64,000 nucleotides of DNA, from contig NIVC01001959.1 in assembly GCA_002269645.1 (NCBI GenBank), positions 1 through 64,000 of the forward strand, in the 5' to 3' direction. The notes beneath the pieces were generated by a model. That model had not been told where the DNA came from. It saw only the letters and a program-made list of their open reading frames with translations, and made no database searches. Numbering within the stretch: position 1 is the stretch's first letter; the number at the start of each line of letters is the position of its first letter. This document shows, one piece after another, positions 22,402 to 35,549 of the stretch. This DNA comes from Macrostomum lignano. Lineage: Eukaryota. The position numbers and the translations under genes were made by a program.

Positions 22402-25400
22402 TTAAGACAAGTTGCACTTTTTTTCGTCCTTCAAGTTGCCCATCGATTTCTCAACCTGCAGCAGGCAGCGCTCAAACACGGCGTCTACATTCTGAAACAC
22501 AATTTAAGGTAAAATGATTGGGTCAGTTCTGGCTTGGAGTCCTGGCTGGCCAGGAAAGACCATTTAGCATCGCAAAGGACTTTTTCCGTCTAAACAGACT
22601 CTTAGTGTCATTGAGTCAGTGTGTTAGGTTGGCTAGTTTATGACTCTGGTCATTTTTACTGCTGCTTCAATACTGATTAGATTAATAACAATAACATTGA
22701 AATTGATATACACATGTACCATGTATTCTACCCGAACTCGATCGTAGTACTCGTAGTTCGATTAGTTGCATAAAATCAGCGAAGTCTATGATAAAATCAA
22801 AGATATGAAAAGCGATCAGTGTACTAGAGAGCATACTCTCTATGACCATCATTACATGTAAACAATAATTACACATATTATTAATACTGCGCAAAATCGC
22901 TTCAATTACTCGACTTGTCCAAAATCCAAGCTCAGTCGGACCCTAGCACCCGTGCCCAACCAAGAAATTCACTAATTAATCACCTGGTTGCACTTGGCCG
23001 ACGCGAACACAACAGGGCAGCCCCAGTCGCCAGCCAGTTTAGTAACTTCTTCTGCCGAAACCTGGCACTCGTCAGTCAAATCCACCTTGTTGCCAACTAG
23101 CACCATTGGCAGGTTCTTGTAGCCGGTGCTTTCAACTAAGTTATTCCTAGTGACGCGCAGCTGCTCAAGAGACTTTCTGCTAGCCATGGAGAACACTAGT
23201 ACCCAGCCGTCAACATTGAGCATAGAGCTGGACGAGCCGGGCGAGCCGGACTCCTGTCCAGCTGTGTCAGCAATCTCCAGGTGATAGGATTGGCCTAACA
23301 GTGTCACATCTTTGTGCATCTTGTCGTCCAGGGTTGGCATGTAGTCCTCGTAGAATGTGTTTTGGGTGAACCGCATGCTGAGACTGCTCTTGCCTGAGTC
23401 AAATGTGAAGGATTTATTTAATAGGTGAGCATGTGTTCAAAATGAGCTACAAATTTTTGTGCTATACACCCAATCAAATAGAACAGTGAACAATATTATG
23501 CTTATAGTAGCTCTATTTTGAAACAATTATTAATGAGCTTTTCACAACTTATAAACCTAAACATGCTAGTCTCTAAATTATACATGTGCAACACCCGGCC
23601 GACTGGCTTGGAGCCCAACCAAGATAAGTCTTAAAAAATGCCCACCCAAAATAGACGCTGCACTAATTAGATGACGAGGCACTTAGCCTTAATAAGACAG
23701 TCATAGTTACTTCTACCGTTTACCTAAAATTGCGTTGATTTTTGCTATAGGCTTTATTTTACAGGTAAGTCACATTTTTGGTCAAAAAGTAAGTCACATG
23801 ACCAGTGTAAATCAGGGGGTTGCGCATGTATGCTTTAAATACACATGTTAAATGTACGTAGCATGAAACAAAGAAATTCCAAAATATTATTATTTTACAC
23901 TTATCTTCTTTGTTTTAATATATATCTTTGTTATAAATTTTAAATATAAAATAATATTGAATATATGGATTAGTATTTTAGTTGGTATATATTGGTAAAT
24001 TTTGGCATAAATAACAAAATCACATTTCTACATTTTTGTATACATGACATATTTAGTACCTATTTTCCTAGTTTGCTATTCTGGCATATATATACCACTT
24101 TCCTGCATATGGAGTGCACCTTCTTGACTTGGGGCCTAGGCTTCATTCAACTAGTTTAGTAAAAAATATCAATTTAAATTAAATAATATCAACAAAGGAT
24201 TTTTAGGATAATTATTAACTTACCTATTGTAATTTTTATATACTACTACAATTATAAAGTTATTAAATAAGTTGGACTTTTCTATAAGACTACACTATAT
24301 GGCTAAACTATAATAATTGAAAACTGTAAAACTAATACTCAATCTATAGTTTGGAAGGTGACATATATGCTGGGATTTCCTGGCACACAACAAGGGTACT
24401 TGCCATTTTTAGCATATATGAGTGTATATCCCAATAGGGATCGACCAACAATAATTTTTTGTGGGTGATTAGAACAAGACCATGCATAAAACTGTGTGTG
24501 ACCAAGAGTTTTTTATAACATACATTTGAATTTAAACACAGAATAATTACTATTAACACTACTAAGTCTAGTAATTTTTATTTATTTTTACCTTTGTTTT
24601 ATTATGTTTATTGTTTAACCATATTTTATTATATGGCTTTGTTATATCTATGCTGATTTGTTGCAATTTTGGTTCTGCTATGACTTAAAAAAGTAAGCTT
24701 TAATTTACAAAATTCACAAATTGTGATTGGTAAAAGACCATTCATGATCTTTTTGTTGTGATCACAGTTTTTGTTATTGTGACCATGAACACAGTTGATC
24801 CCTATATCCTGATAGAATACAATCCACTTTGGCCACTGTTTGGTAACTACAATCCACTGTTTGGTAACAGCCACTTCAATAACAGTTACTTCAATAACAA
24901 AGCAGATTTATAACTACAATGCACAATGCTATATTCATATTTTCATGGTAATTTACTTCAGCAACTTTTAGTTTAATAATAAACATGTAAACTATTTTAT
25001 TGCCAAGTATAGTTTAATTTTCTAGTTAAAGTAAATTATATTTTGTTTAAATTTATGCATTAAATTTGCAAAAAAAATTAAAGGCAGCAAAGAACATTGC
25101 ACAATGGTTGAAATTAAAATTTGGAATTAAGTAGTTATAAATGAAGAAAAAAGTCAATTTGGTAAATGAAGTTGCTAACTCAATGATTTTGATTTAGTCA
25201 ACAGGATGTCTCAGCTTGTATATGATATGCATCTAGTAATTAAAATAAAAATCCATAGAGATTAAAACACACAGTTTTCAATTTGTTTGCAAAATCTTTT
25301 TTTAGTATATTAATAAATACATACTGTTAGTATTCTACTGTAGCTATGGCTATGTCTATAGGATCTTATGGCAAATATGGTACAATAGGTACCTATAGCA

Positions 25401-28400
25401 ATTGTGGTTATGCCTATGGTAGATAGCTACTCTTACAGCTACAACTATAGAAATATGGTAGTTTTTGTCACATTATGTAGATTCCAATAGCTATAGTTAG
25501 TTTAAAAAATATTAGAAACAGGTAGAGTAAAACAAAGATACTTTGGTTAACTGTATTATAGACTTTATATATGCGCAACTGCTAACCAACCTGGCTAATC
25601 TAGCCATTGTAAATTGTGGTAGACCAGGGTAAGTCACAATTGAGTCATCAAAAATGAAAAAAGCCAAGAACCAAGAAAGAAATAGAGGCAAAAGAAAAGA
25701 GAAAGATAAAAGAGTGGTACAAGGAAGTAAAAATGGTGAAGCAAAAGAAAAACAAGTTGCAACAGAAGCAAATTAAGTTGCACAAATAGCTAACTTAATT
25801 AGTTGCACAAAAGGGTTAGGTAAGTTTCAAAAAGATTAGGTAAGTTGCAAAATGAGCAACTGAGTCGCAATCAAAGGGAAGTAAGTTGCAATTAGAGGCA
25901 ATCAGGGGATAATAGGTGCAAGTGTGGCAGGAGAGCAAACCCAGAATAGAAGCCTTCAACCACAGACAAGATCTTTCTTGTCACTATTGGCTAAGAGCAG
26001 TCACATGACTACTATTCTGTCCAATAGCAACTTACATGTATGTGTTGCTAATAGAAATGGCCGGGTGAATCCCTAGGTTGCACCCAAGCATGGTTGGCAA
26101 ATTCTGGCTTGCAAAGCCCTTCTATCTGGCCCTTGCCCCTTGGGTTCTTTGAAACCTTTCCAATTAGCAAGGTTAGTGTCTTTTCAACTCTCTTTTCTTT
26201 CTTTCTTTTCTTCTCTACCTACTTTGCCTCCCTTTTCTCTTTCTCCCCTTTTCCCTCCTCTCTCCTCTCCTTTTCCTCTCCTCTTTTCTCCCCTTTTCTC
26301 TCTACCTTTTCTCAATGCCCTCTTCTCTCCTTTATCTTTAGCAAAATGTGGGCAAATTATCTTACTTCAAAGGAGAGGGAATAGAAGATTAGAGATGAGC
26401 AAACAGAGGAGAGGCGAATGATGCGATGGGAAAAAAGATTAAAGAGAGAAAAGCTGAGCGAGGAGAGAGATCAGAGAGAAGAGGAAATGAGAGGAAAGAT
26501 GAGAGATATTATGATAGATGAGATCATAAAAAGAGGAGAGAAGAAAGAGGAAAGAAGAGAGAAGTTAAGAAAGGAGAAGTGAGAGTAGATGAGAAAAGAG
26601 AGGATAAAGAGGAGAGATAAGATGAGAGTAGAGTGGTGAGAGACAAGAGGAGAGATAAGAATTTAGAGAGGAGAGAGGAAAGATAAGAGAGAAGAAAGGA
26701 GGTATGAAGGATAAGAGAAAAAAAGAGGAGATAGATGAAAAGATTGAGGAGAGGAGAGAAGTTGCAAAGGCCTCAAATCTTAATTTAACATGCATTTACT
26801 CTTATCTTTGTTTGCATTTTTCCTAACTATTAACAAGTTTTTGTTTTAGCATGACTTTTAGCATGAAATTTAAGAATCTATGCAAATATTGTTCTAGGAA
26901 TGGGAATTTAATGGTTTCAAAATCTGCAGGTTTTAACAGCTTGTATCTCTATTGGATTTGCATTCTGTATCTGATGAGCCATTTGAATCAGTGCTCTCAT
27001 CTTCCATGCTAAATTGTCTATCAAGTGAAATTATTCTTGAGCTATAGGTGAATACATAGTGAATTGTATTATATTACATTCACTTCACTTTTACTTTTAG
27101 ATATTCATGAATCATGACTTATATAGTATACTCATTACACTGTGTTAAGACAATTTACAAATTGAAATTGCCTCATAGGCATCCACTAGATGGCATACTA
27201 TTATAAAACACAAGTAATTTTCAAGTCAAAGTTACTCCTTCTGTTTACCCAAAAGTATGTATATTTGCTTAGCTATTATTTTAGGCCTATGTCACATTTT
27301 TATTGCAAACTAAGTTGCATGGCCAGCATAATTTCAGAGGTTGTGCATATATGATAGACTTAGAAACTTATAGATTATACCTAATAAAGTATAATAAAAT
27401 ACTAGCAAACTTTAACTTTTATTAATGTAAGAAAAATTTAGCATTAATACTTTTAGTAGGCCTAGTGATTGAATATTGTTACTCTTTGTAAAAAAATGAA
27501 ATATAATCTTACAAAGGCAATCAAGTGTTTGTTTAATTTTTTACCTTAATTTGCAATTGATTAAGCACCACGTTATCTTCTTTGTTCAAAATACTTTTTC
27601 CTAGACTTTTGTTAAAACTATCGCTATAGCTATAGAACCTAATGGAATATAACAATATTGTAAAGTAATTTTATATATAAATTGAATCTCCGCACTTTTT
27701 ATGATGTATCCGGTGTTCTTGAATACTATTGTGTTATTATTTAGTCAATATTTATTCAGTAATGAGTTTCCTATTTCCGCGATACCTATTGTACATACTT
27801 ACTTTACTACTATTGTTTTACTGTATGCTAATTCCTATTGTATTTCAAACACAAATGCGCTATGTTTTGGTGTTAGGTCTCCTGGGTGCCATAGTAGTTG
27901 TAGTTGTAGGGTTGCATAGCCGTTCCAGAGTTCTAGTCAATCGAGTTTTATTTCAATAATAGATCTAGTCATTATTTAGAATATATCTTAATTACTTTGA
28001 TTTACATAGATTGTTCAGATCCAAATATATATGAAATAAATTAGGGCACATTGCACCCACAAGCCAAGAAGGCATTTGTTCATTCATCTGTTATCAGTGC
28101 TATCACAAAACGAAAGTAAAGTGATTGTTTGAATTGTTGAACCATCAAGAAACTTATTTTACAATATTGGAATCCCAATGGCTATAGAATACAAAGAATT
28201 GGAATAAGCTATAGTTTTGCTAATGGCTATGGTATATGGACCTCCTTATGGTGGAACATTATATATTGTTATTTCTATTTGTTACCAAAATGGCTATTTC
28301 TAAAGTGGCTATTACTGAATTGGACTGTTACCAAATGTGAGGGTTCCCCGACAGATATCTTCTCCTTCGAATGGAAAATTCAAACAAAAAATGAATTTAT

Positions 28401-30536
28401 GTTTTGGGATGCATTACTTACTCTGACGCCGTATTCAGCTTTAAAATTTTGTAGACAAAAATTTTATGTCTTAAAGAAAAAATATTGGTACGAATACAAA
28501 GTGTGTCAAAACAAATTTTATCACACATTCTTTACAAAAAAATTCTCACGCCAAAGAACTTATGAAGTAACAGTAGCAATGAATTTTTTGTCAGTTTCTG
28601 ACGCATGTCTCAGCTTTGCAATGATACCTTAGACACATGTCTGACTTTTGTATTTCCCAGGATATCTGCTTCCAAAGTGTGCTTTCCATGAGTCATTCAT
28701 CATCCGTACCAGGACCAACCAAATCTTTGACTTATTGCTCCATCTCTATGCTTCAATCATTTGCTCTGAAACTTCTACCACTTCTTGACGCATGTCTTAG
28801 CAGTCTGCCTCCCGGCTTATCAGAGATAAAACATTAAATAACATACCCTCTGGCTTTATGCCAATGAAAACATTAATCCCGCATATGGACTTTGTCCGCC
28901 GCGACCTTAACAACATCCACATGGATCTGGGCAATGTGGATAGTCAACCTCCTACCCTTAACATCAGGAGGGGCTTCAAGACCGCCATCCCTAGCCAAGA
29001 CAATATCCCACTGGATGTTGGTGTGAACCGGCGCAGCCAGGGCATTCACTGCTTCACCGATGGCTTGCTGTTCAACAGCCGTGCTGGAGCGGGTATTGCC
29101 ATTTTCCACGAGGGTAAGATGCTTTTCCAGGAAAGTCTGCACCTCAGTGAGAACACCTCAGTTTTCCAAGCTAAAATTTGCGCCATTGAGCAGTGTGCCC
29201 AGCAACTGCTTCAGGCGAACATTAATAACTTTGACATTAATTTATACACTGATAGCCAAGCTGCTATTAAGGCCTTAACCACTGAGAATATCTCCGCTGC
29301 TACAGTATCTCAATGCCACCGCAGCGTGCAATCTCTCTCAGTCCTTAACAGGATTAGAATTATCTGGACACCTGGTCACAGCAACATCCTGGGCAACGAG
29401 CTCGCGTACTCTCTCGCCAAGGAGGGCAGCAACCCAGACGGCAACCATTGTCTGATGAGGCTACCCACTCCTACGTTGCAAGTCACTCGCCATATCAACA
29501 GGTGGCTCCATCAGCAGCACCAGCTCTACTGGAACAGCTGCACCGAGTACAGGCAGAGCCGCTTTGCCATGCCTAACCTGAATAGGAAAGTCTCTGATTA
29601 TCTGATTTCGCTTAACAGAACCGATTTCAGGGAGATGTGCATGGTCCTAACCGGCCATGGATTCTTCCAGAGGCATATATTGTTGCAAACTAGTTGCCCT
29701 CCCACCTGTCCTTTCTGTGGCATAGGAGAGGAGACCGCGGAGCATCACGTCACCTTCTGCCCTTACTTTAACAAGGCGCGGCACAAATACCTTTGCCACC
29801 CCCAGCAGATGGACGAGCTGACCACCCCAGACAATATCCGTGACCTGCGCGCCTTTGTCCGGGACTCCGGCCGGATGAGGGTCACCAATGCCTCTACTGC
29901 GAACCTGCCGACTACTGGCAGGGACTAGGCGCACCCCCAGGGTTAATCCTTGTGCTCTTTTACCTTGGGGTTGCAATAGGGGTCTCGCGGCCTATTCGTG
30001 GCGCCTGCGCCCCCCGTCAGTAGTAAGTAAGTAAATATATAAGATCTGTATATAACATTGTCAATATAGAATAAGAAATAATAATAAAAACAATTTCAAA
30101 TATATTGATTCATGTCATAAAACAACTTAATTTTTAGCAAACAAAAAGTACCTAAAACATTTCTTTTATAATTATATTTTCTTAGTAAATGTGGCAAAAG
30201 AATAATGAATTTATTTTAAATGGAGCAAAACCAAAAAATGCACTTTAAAAATGTACAAATTTGGCATCTAAAGTAAAAACATTTTTTGTCCCAATATACA
30301 AATGAGGTCCTACTACTTTTTTTCCTACTAGACCCAACCAACACCTAGCTGGCATACACTAATATACAATCCAAACTAGGCTTATGGTACTTAATAGGTA
30401 GCATAAGAATCAGTTTAGGAAAAGCAATAAAGATATGAACCTAGTCATTGTCTTTGACAAAAATTTATAGCCACAGAAAACACTTACCAACAGATCTGCA
30501 TCCTAAGACAGCAATTCTTCGACTTTTTGATGCCAT
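22402..30536 (-). CDS. Rheb: Rheb-like small GTPase (divergent), 3 coding exons, C-terminal CaaX (CNLS)
   Basis: Exons 30536-30488 ([17 protein letters not shown]), 23393-22984 (KSS..YMPT..DTAGQ..NKVD..SAK), 22491-22402 ([21 protein letters not shown]). GT-AG junctions with consistent phases. Arg in G1 (GxRSVGKS) is the Rheb signature. Intron 1 is 7.1 kb. Confidence 0.88.
25981..26081. mobile_element. Half copy (right arm) of the palindromic MITE-like family
   Basis: CTATTGGCTAAGAGCAGTCACATGACTACTATTCTGTCCAATAG..AATAGAAATGGCCGGGTGAATCCCTAGGTTGC matches the 13193 and 14864 copies. Confidence 0.75.
28852..30034 (+). mobile_element. 5'-truncated non-LTR retrotransposon (RNase H + CCHC; I-group, Loa/R1-like) in Rheb intron 1, antisense
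   Basis: ORF 28858-29928 has [35 protein letters not shown] (RNase H) and [18 protein letters not shown] (CCHC); the 3' end is CAGTAGTAAGTAAGTAA. Confidence 0.88.
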
Positions 30537-32149
30537 TTTGTTAGGGCCTAATAAAAGTTGTTGACACTGGACAATACAGTAGGAAACTATTATTAGCCTC
30601 TGGCTTAGAAGCAAGCAATCAAGGTTTAACAAAGCCTGGCAAAACAAGGCCCTATGGATATTAGACTGGGCTAAACTTCAAAAGATGAGTCTGTGTAGGG
30701 CCTATATAAATTTCAAATGTACTAGCCTACCTAAACCTTAGTGATTAGGCTTAGGCTTACAATCAGTCTGTAGCAAAAGGTGCAAAACCCACTTAGTTTA
30801 AGTCAAACTATTAGGCCAACACAACACAGCGGCTATAAATAACGAATATGCCTATGGAAGATAGTTGAACTGGCTTAGCTTCGCCTACTCTAGCGTTAAC
30901 CATATATCATGTAATTTAATACTTGGCAGTTGTTGTTATTTGTCCGCCAATAACCGGACGAATAGCCATTTTATTTTTGTCCGGTTAAATCGTTAATACT
31001 AGTTATATCTATTTTAAAGTGATGTATATTCTGGATTTTTAACATTTTTACTCGTATCTTAATTAATATTTTGTTATACCAATGAAAGCCAAGCACACGT
31101 GTGTGCTCACGCGATATTTCTTGCTGAAAAAATTAACTTGCACGTTGACTGTGATTGAAGCTGCCGAATTGTTCAGTTAGATTTATATTACTCCGGATAT
31201 TCATATTCGTATGTGTTACAAGAAGTGTACACTGTAGCTTATTCTTATTCTCACTGTAGCCTATCTTACGCTTATTAAAAAATCTTCATGTTTTACTGAT
31301 AGTATAGAAATTAGTTAATAAAAGTTGTCCCATGTGTGTGAGTTGAGATATATTGCTATTAATCAATCGTACATGTATATATAATCTGCTGATAATTGTT
31401 CAACATGGAAACAAACATGAAGTAAAGAGTAAACGTACACTCTGTATTTTAGTATAGGAAGAAGATCGAAAAGGGCAGGCAGACGTACATGCATGCACCA
31501 TGCATGCATGCATGCATGTACATGTATAGAACGATGGAATGTAAGCAGTTACAGATGCATATGTATAGTCTTTGAACTATTGAACATATATCAATGCACA
31601 AGTACAATACATAGTACACAATACAAATCATGAAACAATGCAGTGACTATATCTTGTACTTATTTGGCATTTCGCCGTATTAATTTATATGTTTAAAATG
31701 ATATATAGGGCGTTGCAGTAAAAAATAAAGATACAAAAACGGAGTCTACAAAAAAGAAATTAATCTGCTCATAATTCTGTTCGTCAAATGTATATTAAGG
31801 TCGCTCCTGCACAAGGCGACCTAGCTCATACTCTTTGTTTCCTGCATAAATTCTGTACTGCCTCTTTTCTTTCCCACAGACCATTTGAAGCTTCTGTCTA
31901 GCCCACAGATCCAAAAAATTTGTTATCCTAAAGTTTTAAGATCTGTGTCCAGTCTAGCTGTTCGCTTCGCCTCCTCCTCACGCCTCGCTTCCTCCTCCCT
32001 GGCGCAAGACCAGACATCGCCGATGTCGAAAGATGTCGGCGGAGCACACAAAATACTCAGGGCCTTTTCCCGAAGTTGGCAGCACGCTAGATTTTCGAAG
32101 GATGCTCCACCAACAGCAGATACATGGTACGTGATGAACCCCATGCCCA

Positions 32150-32440
32150 GCATGCAAGCTGAAAGTCGTCAGAACGACTGACTCCCTGATGAATCTGCCG
32201 CAACATGAGCGGCGATACTACTAGTCGTTTTCTTGACACCTGTAGTCCCAGCTCTTGCTTGGCGCTTCGCAGGAGGAGAGTGGCCGTATAAGCGGCATGC
32301 TTTGTAAGATCTGGTGCAGAGTTGACCATAAGGACAAGGCAGCTGGCGTCAGAAGCAACGCTGCCGTACGCGCGCAAACGCGTCCCGACTATAGGCTGGC
32401 CAGGTAGTCGAGCAGGCTGTTCAGCGGACAGGATACAGCA
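32150..32440 (-). pseudogene. Relic of a DIRS/Ngaro-type tyrosine recombinase
   Basis: LLDYLASL* then LLLRSAKQELGLQVSRKRLVVSPLMLRQIHQGVSRSDDFQLACWA resembles the recalled YR segment (L.G.KR..RLPITP..L..L..D..LWAA); disrupted by a stop and a frame change. Confidence 0.4.
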
Positions 32441-33084
32441 AAGAAGCTCGTTTCTATAAAAATGGTGAACAGATATGCTTGTATTCAGGGACTAGTTAAA
32501 CTAGTTTAAGTAGTCCCTGCTTGTATTATTCCACAAGTGCAAGAGAATCCTTCTTCACGTCTTCAGATTCGTGATGACCATCGGTCTTGTTTTTTCGCTT
32601 TTTTTAAGTCTCTCGTGTGATTTGGATGTTAAATTTGATGACGATATGAGCTGCGGGTGTTAAACGCGGATTTAATCAAGTGAAGACTGGAATTCGACGC
32701 TGAAAAGCTTCGAGGACTTAAATGTAGCTTTTAAGTGCAGTTTTTAACTCTACTCTCAAAGGCTCACAGGGAATGTATTAAGTTATATTTTTAACGTACG
32801 AGGATCCATATGCATATGAATATGTGCTCGTACATGTACGGTTGGTCGAATATGCTTGCTTAGAATGGCAGAATGAGAATATATACGAAGCTTAGCATTA
32901 GAAAGAGCTAGAACCAAGCTAATTGCTTACGCAACGGGTTTCCATCTTAATTTTTTTAATTGCATGTAACCGTGCATGCTGTATTATTGTCAGTACTAAT
33001 GGACCATTTATGGCAAGCGTAGAGCTAGTCCTCTTCCAAGGATATACGCCAGCAGAATTTACATGTACTTGCTTTTAACCACAG

Positions 33085-33400
33085 ATACTTGATGGGCCAC
33101 TCAGGCATATATGCTTAGCAAAACAGCTTTCTACTTTCAGTTCAGTAGCAATAAGAATACATGTGATATTTTGTAAGAATAAAGGCAGCTGAGATGACTT
33201 GGATAAGCTTAGAAGCCCAAACTTGGAGACGAGGAGGTTCTGTGTGGATTTTGAAGGTATTAAGCTGGGGGTTAAGAGCCAATTAATAAGCATCGACTTT
33301 AAAAATACATTAAAATGCTTCAACTTAACTTACTACTGAACTGAAAGTAGCCGGCACGTAAATGTGCTGAGTAACCCATCTATTTATTCTAGTATCTGTA
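33085..33400. mobile_element. Central-core copy of the 18351-19478 foldback family
   Basis: GATGGGCCACTCAGGCATATATGCTTAG..CTACTTTCAGTTCAGTAGCAA and its inverted partner TACTACTGAACTGAAAGTAG..CCCATCTA match 18690-19090. Confidence 0.75.
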
Positions 33401-33661
33401 CTTTTAACAGCCGAAAAACCATTCACGAACTGTTGCAAGACCGATGCAGTGTAGAAGAAAGATTAATTTGTTACCATGCAAATGATGGTATCTGTGCCTA
33501 GATAATCAGTTCAAGCACTTTTTAAACTAAAGTGATCGGCCTTTCGGCTGTTAAGTCGTAAGAATATCAATAGAGTAGGAAAATTATTGCAATATACTAA
33601 CATATCATTATGATCTTCAGGAAGCAATTCAGTAATAATCATATAAAAAATAATCCACACG

Positions 33662-35549
33662 TCAAAAACCATCCACATTGATGCGAGCATCTGCACCGTC
33701 TTCTTGCTCTTCTTCGCAGCGACTTCCACGAAGAGTTCGGAGCGACTTGGACACCACGGTGGTTTCCGTCGCCGAGCGAGTCTTGCCGCGACTCTTGCAA
33801 GCCTCCAGGCAGATGTTGTGCAGCAGCTCGATCAGCTCGCACAGGGTCAGCATGCTGCAGCCGATGTAGAATCCCAGCAAACCGCCCGTGTCCGCCATCA
33901 GTGACGTTATGGTGTAGGCTGGGACCATTAAAATGCGCGGACTCATCGTGCTTTCGGATCGAATCACCACTTTGAGCATGCTCTCGGATAGGTAGGCCCG
34001 AAACAGACCCTCCAGGTGAGTTGATTCGTTCTCTAGCGGTTGAGCGGTTCAAATAACTTTGATTAATTTTGTTTTCCTATACCTATCTATCAGGTAGACT
34101 TCTTTTTTCCATAACAGAGTTTTCTGTATTACTACTTGGATATCTTACCCTATACGAATGCTAGACAACTGAACCCGTCATCTTACTTGTAAGCTCGCTG
34201 GTCATGTCCAGCAGAAACTTCCAGGCGGGCAGGTGATACCCGTGTTCCTTCAACTCGTGCTGGTACTGCCTGCGCAGGAAGACGTCAACAAATCGAACCG
34301 CAGAGCCATAGCTGGGCCAGTTTCCGAAAGAATAAGACCGGCTGTAGTGCCGGCTGCTGCAGCGGTGCTCGGATTTGCACAGCTTCTTAGCCTCGGTTAG
34401 AATGCGCAGATTTTGTTCCTCGTAGGTGTGGTCGAATCCCGGATCAGCGGTTAATTGGCCGTGTGACAGATTGTAGCAGGAAGGTACATGCCTCAAAGGC
34501 CACGGCTTGGGAATCTTTGGCAGTGAGCAGTTATAGAACTGGTGCAGCAGCCGAGTGACCTCAAAATGGAAGCAGTAGTCTCCATCGTATTCAAACTCAT
34601 CTGCCTCACCCGTATAGGGATTGTAGTAATGAATGTGCTTCACATCGCGATGGCATTTTCGACCCACCAGCTCGGGACTGAAGTCGCGCTCGTCCATCTC
34701 TAGCTTGAGCTGATAGCCGCGGCCTGGCGCGAGCATGAAGTTTGTGTTGCCAATCGACGGATAGGTGTTCGGCGGGGATACAATTAAGTTCACGCCGTTG
34801 GTCTTCTCCACCGAGTTGCCTAATACCGGACTCCATTCAAAGACATCGTAGCTGATGTTTGGAACCTCCCGACTTTTAATGACAGACAGTGGATGCTCCA
34901 CTGGGTGGAAGTGAGAGAAGTACGGATCTAGGTTAATGTAAAGGTACATGGCAAATTCGTCCGATCGAAGCTGCTCTCTAGCCGACGGATCCAGTAAAAT
35001 CTTGAAACAGTTGATAAACTGCGGATGGTGAAATTTGACAATCTGCAGCTTCACAATTCGATAGTCACTTTTAATGAAAGCGCTGACTGCAAACTGCTCG
35101 GCCCGGTGGCCCAGTTTATCCGACAGCAGCCGGTAGGGTATGCTGTGAATTATGTTCAGCGCGTAGAACGAGTCGCACTTCTCCAGTCGTCTTCTGTGCT
35201 CGTAGCGCTTGTGGAAGCGTCGCTCAGAGCGTCGTTTGTGGCGCTCCATTTCCAAGACTTCGTCTTTGCTTAGCGTCAGAGGATAACTGCCGGAGATGGG
35301 GTTCTCAGGGCACAGGTACAAGTCTGGCCACAGGAACTCTACACTGTCCGGTTCTAAGAACTTTGCCACATCGTCGCGCAGCAGTTTCTGCACAAATACA
35401 ACGGCGTTCTTAGTGAATAGCGACAGAAAGCCGAGGAAAAGCAGCAGCCAAGTCACCTTCACGTAGCGCTGACGCGCGCCAACCAGCCGTGACACTCCGT
35501 GAGCTGTGGACTCGGCCAGGGCTCGGTTGATCATACTTTCGCTGGTCAT
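33662..35549 (-). CDS. DEG/ENaC (amiloride-sensitive channel) subunit, FaNaC-like; 2 exons
   Basis: Exons 35549-34187 and 34032-33662 (phase-1 join A|AG). N-terminal STAHG motif, TM1 (TWLLLFLGFL), WPDLYLCPENP, W(PS) pre-knuckle motif, TM2 LMADTGGLLGFYIGCSMLTLCELIELL with a GxS filter. Confidence 0.93.

Noticed and set aside
26180-26770. Adjacent CT-rich and GA-rich tracts (possible hairpin or triplex) and their ORFs
   Set aside because: Low-complexity decay with no specific complementarity or defined unit.
24700-28340. Scattered GTTACCAAA and GCTATAG-rich patches in Rheb intron 1
   Set aside because: Probably old transposon remnants, but I could not define boundaries, TIRs or TSDs.
28560-28850. 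Minus-strand [18 protein letters not shown], reminiscent of an RTE-clade LINE C-terminus
   Set aside because: Too short and degenerate to support without a search.
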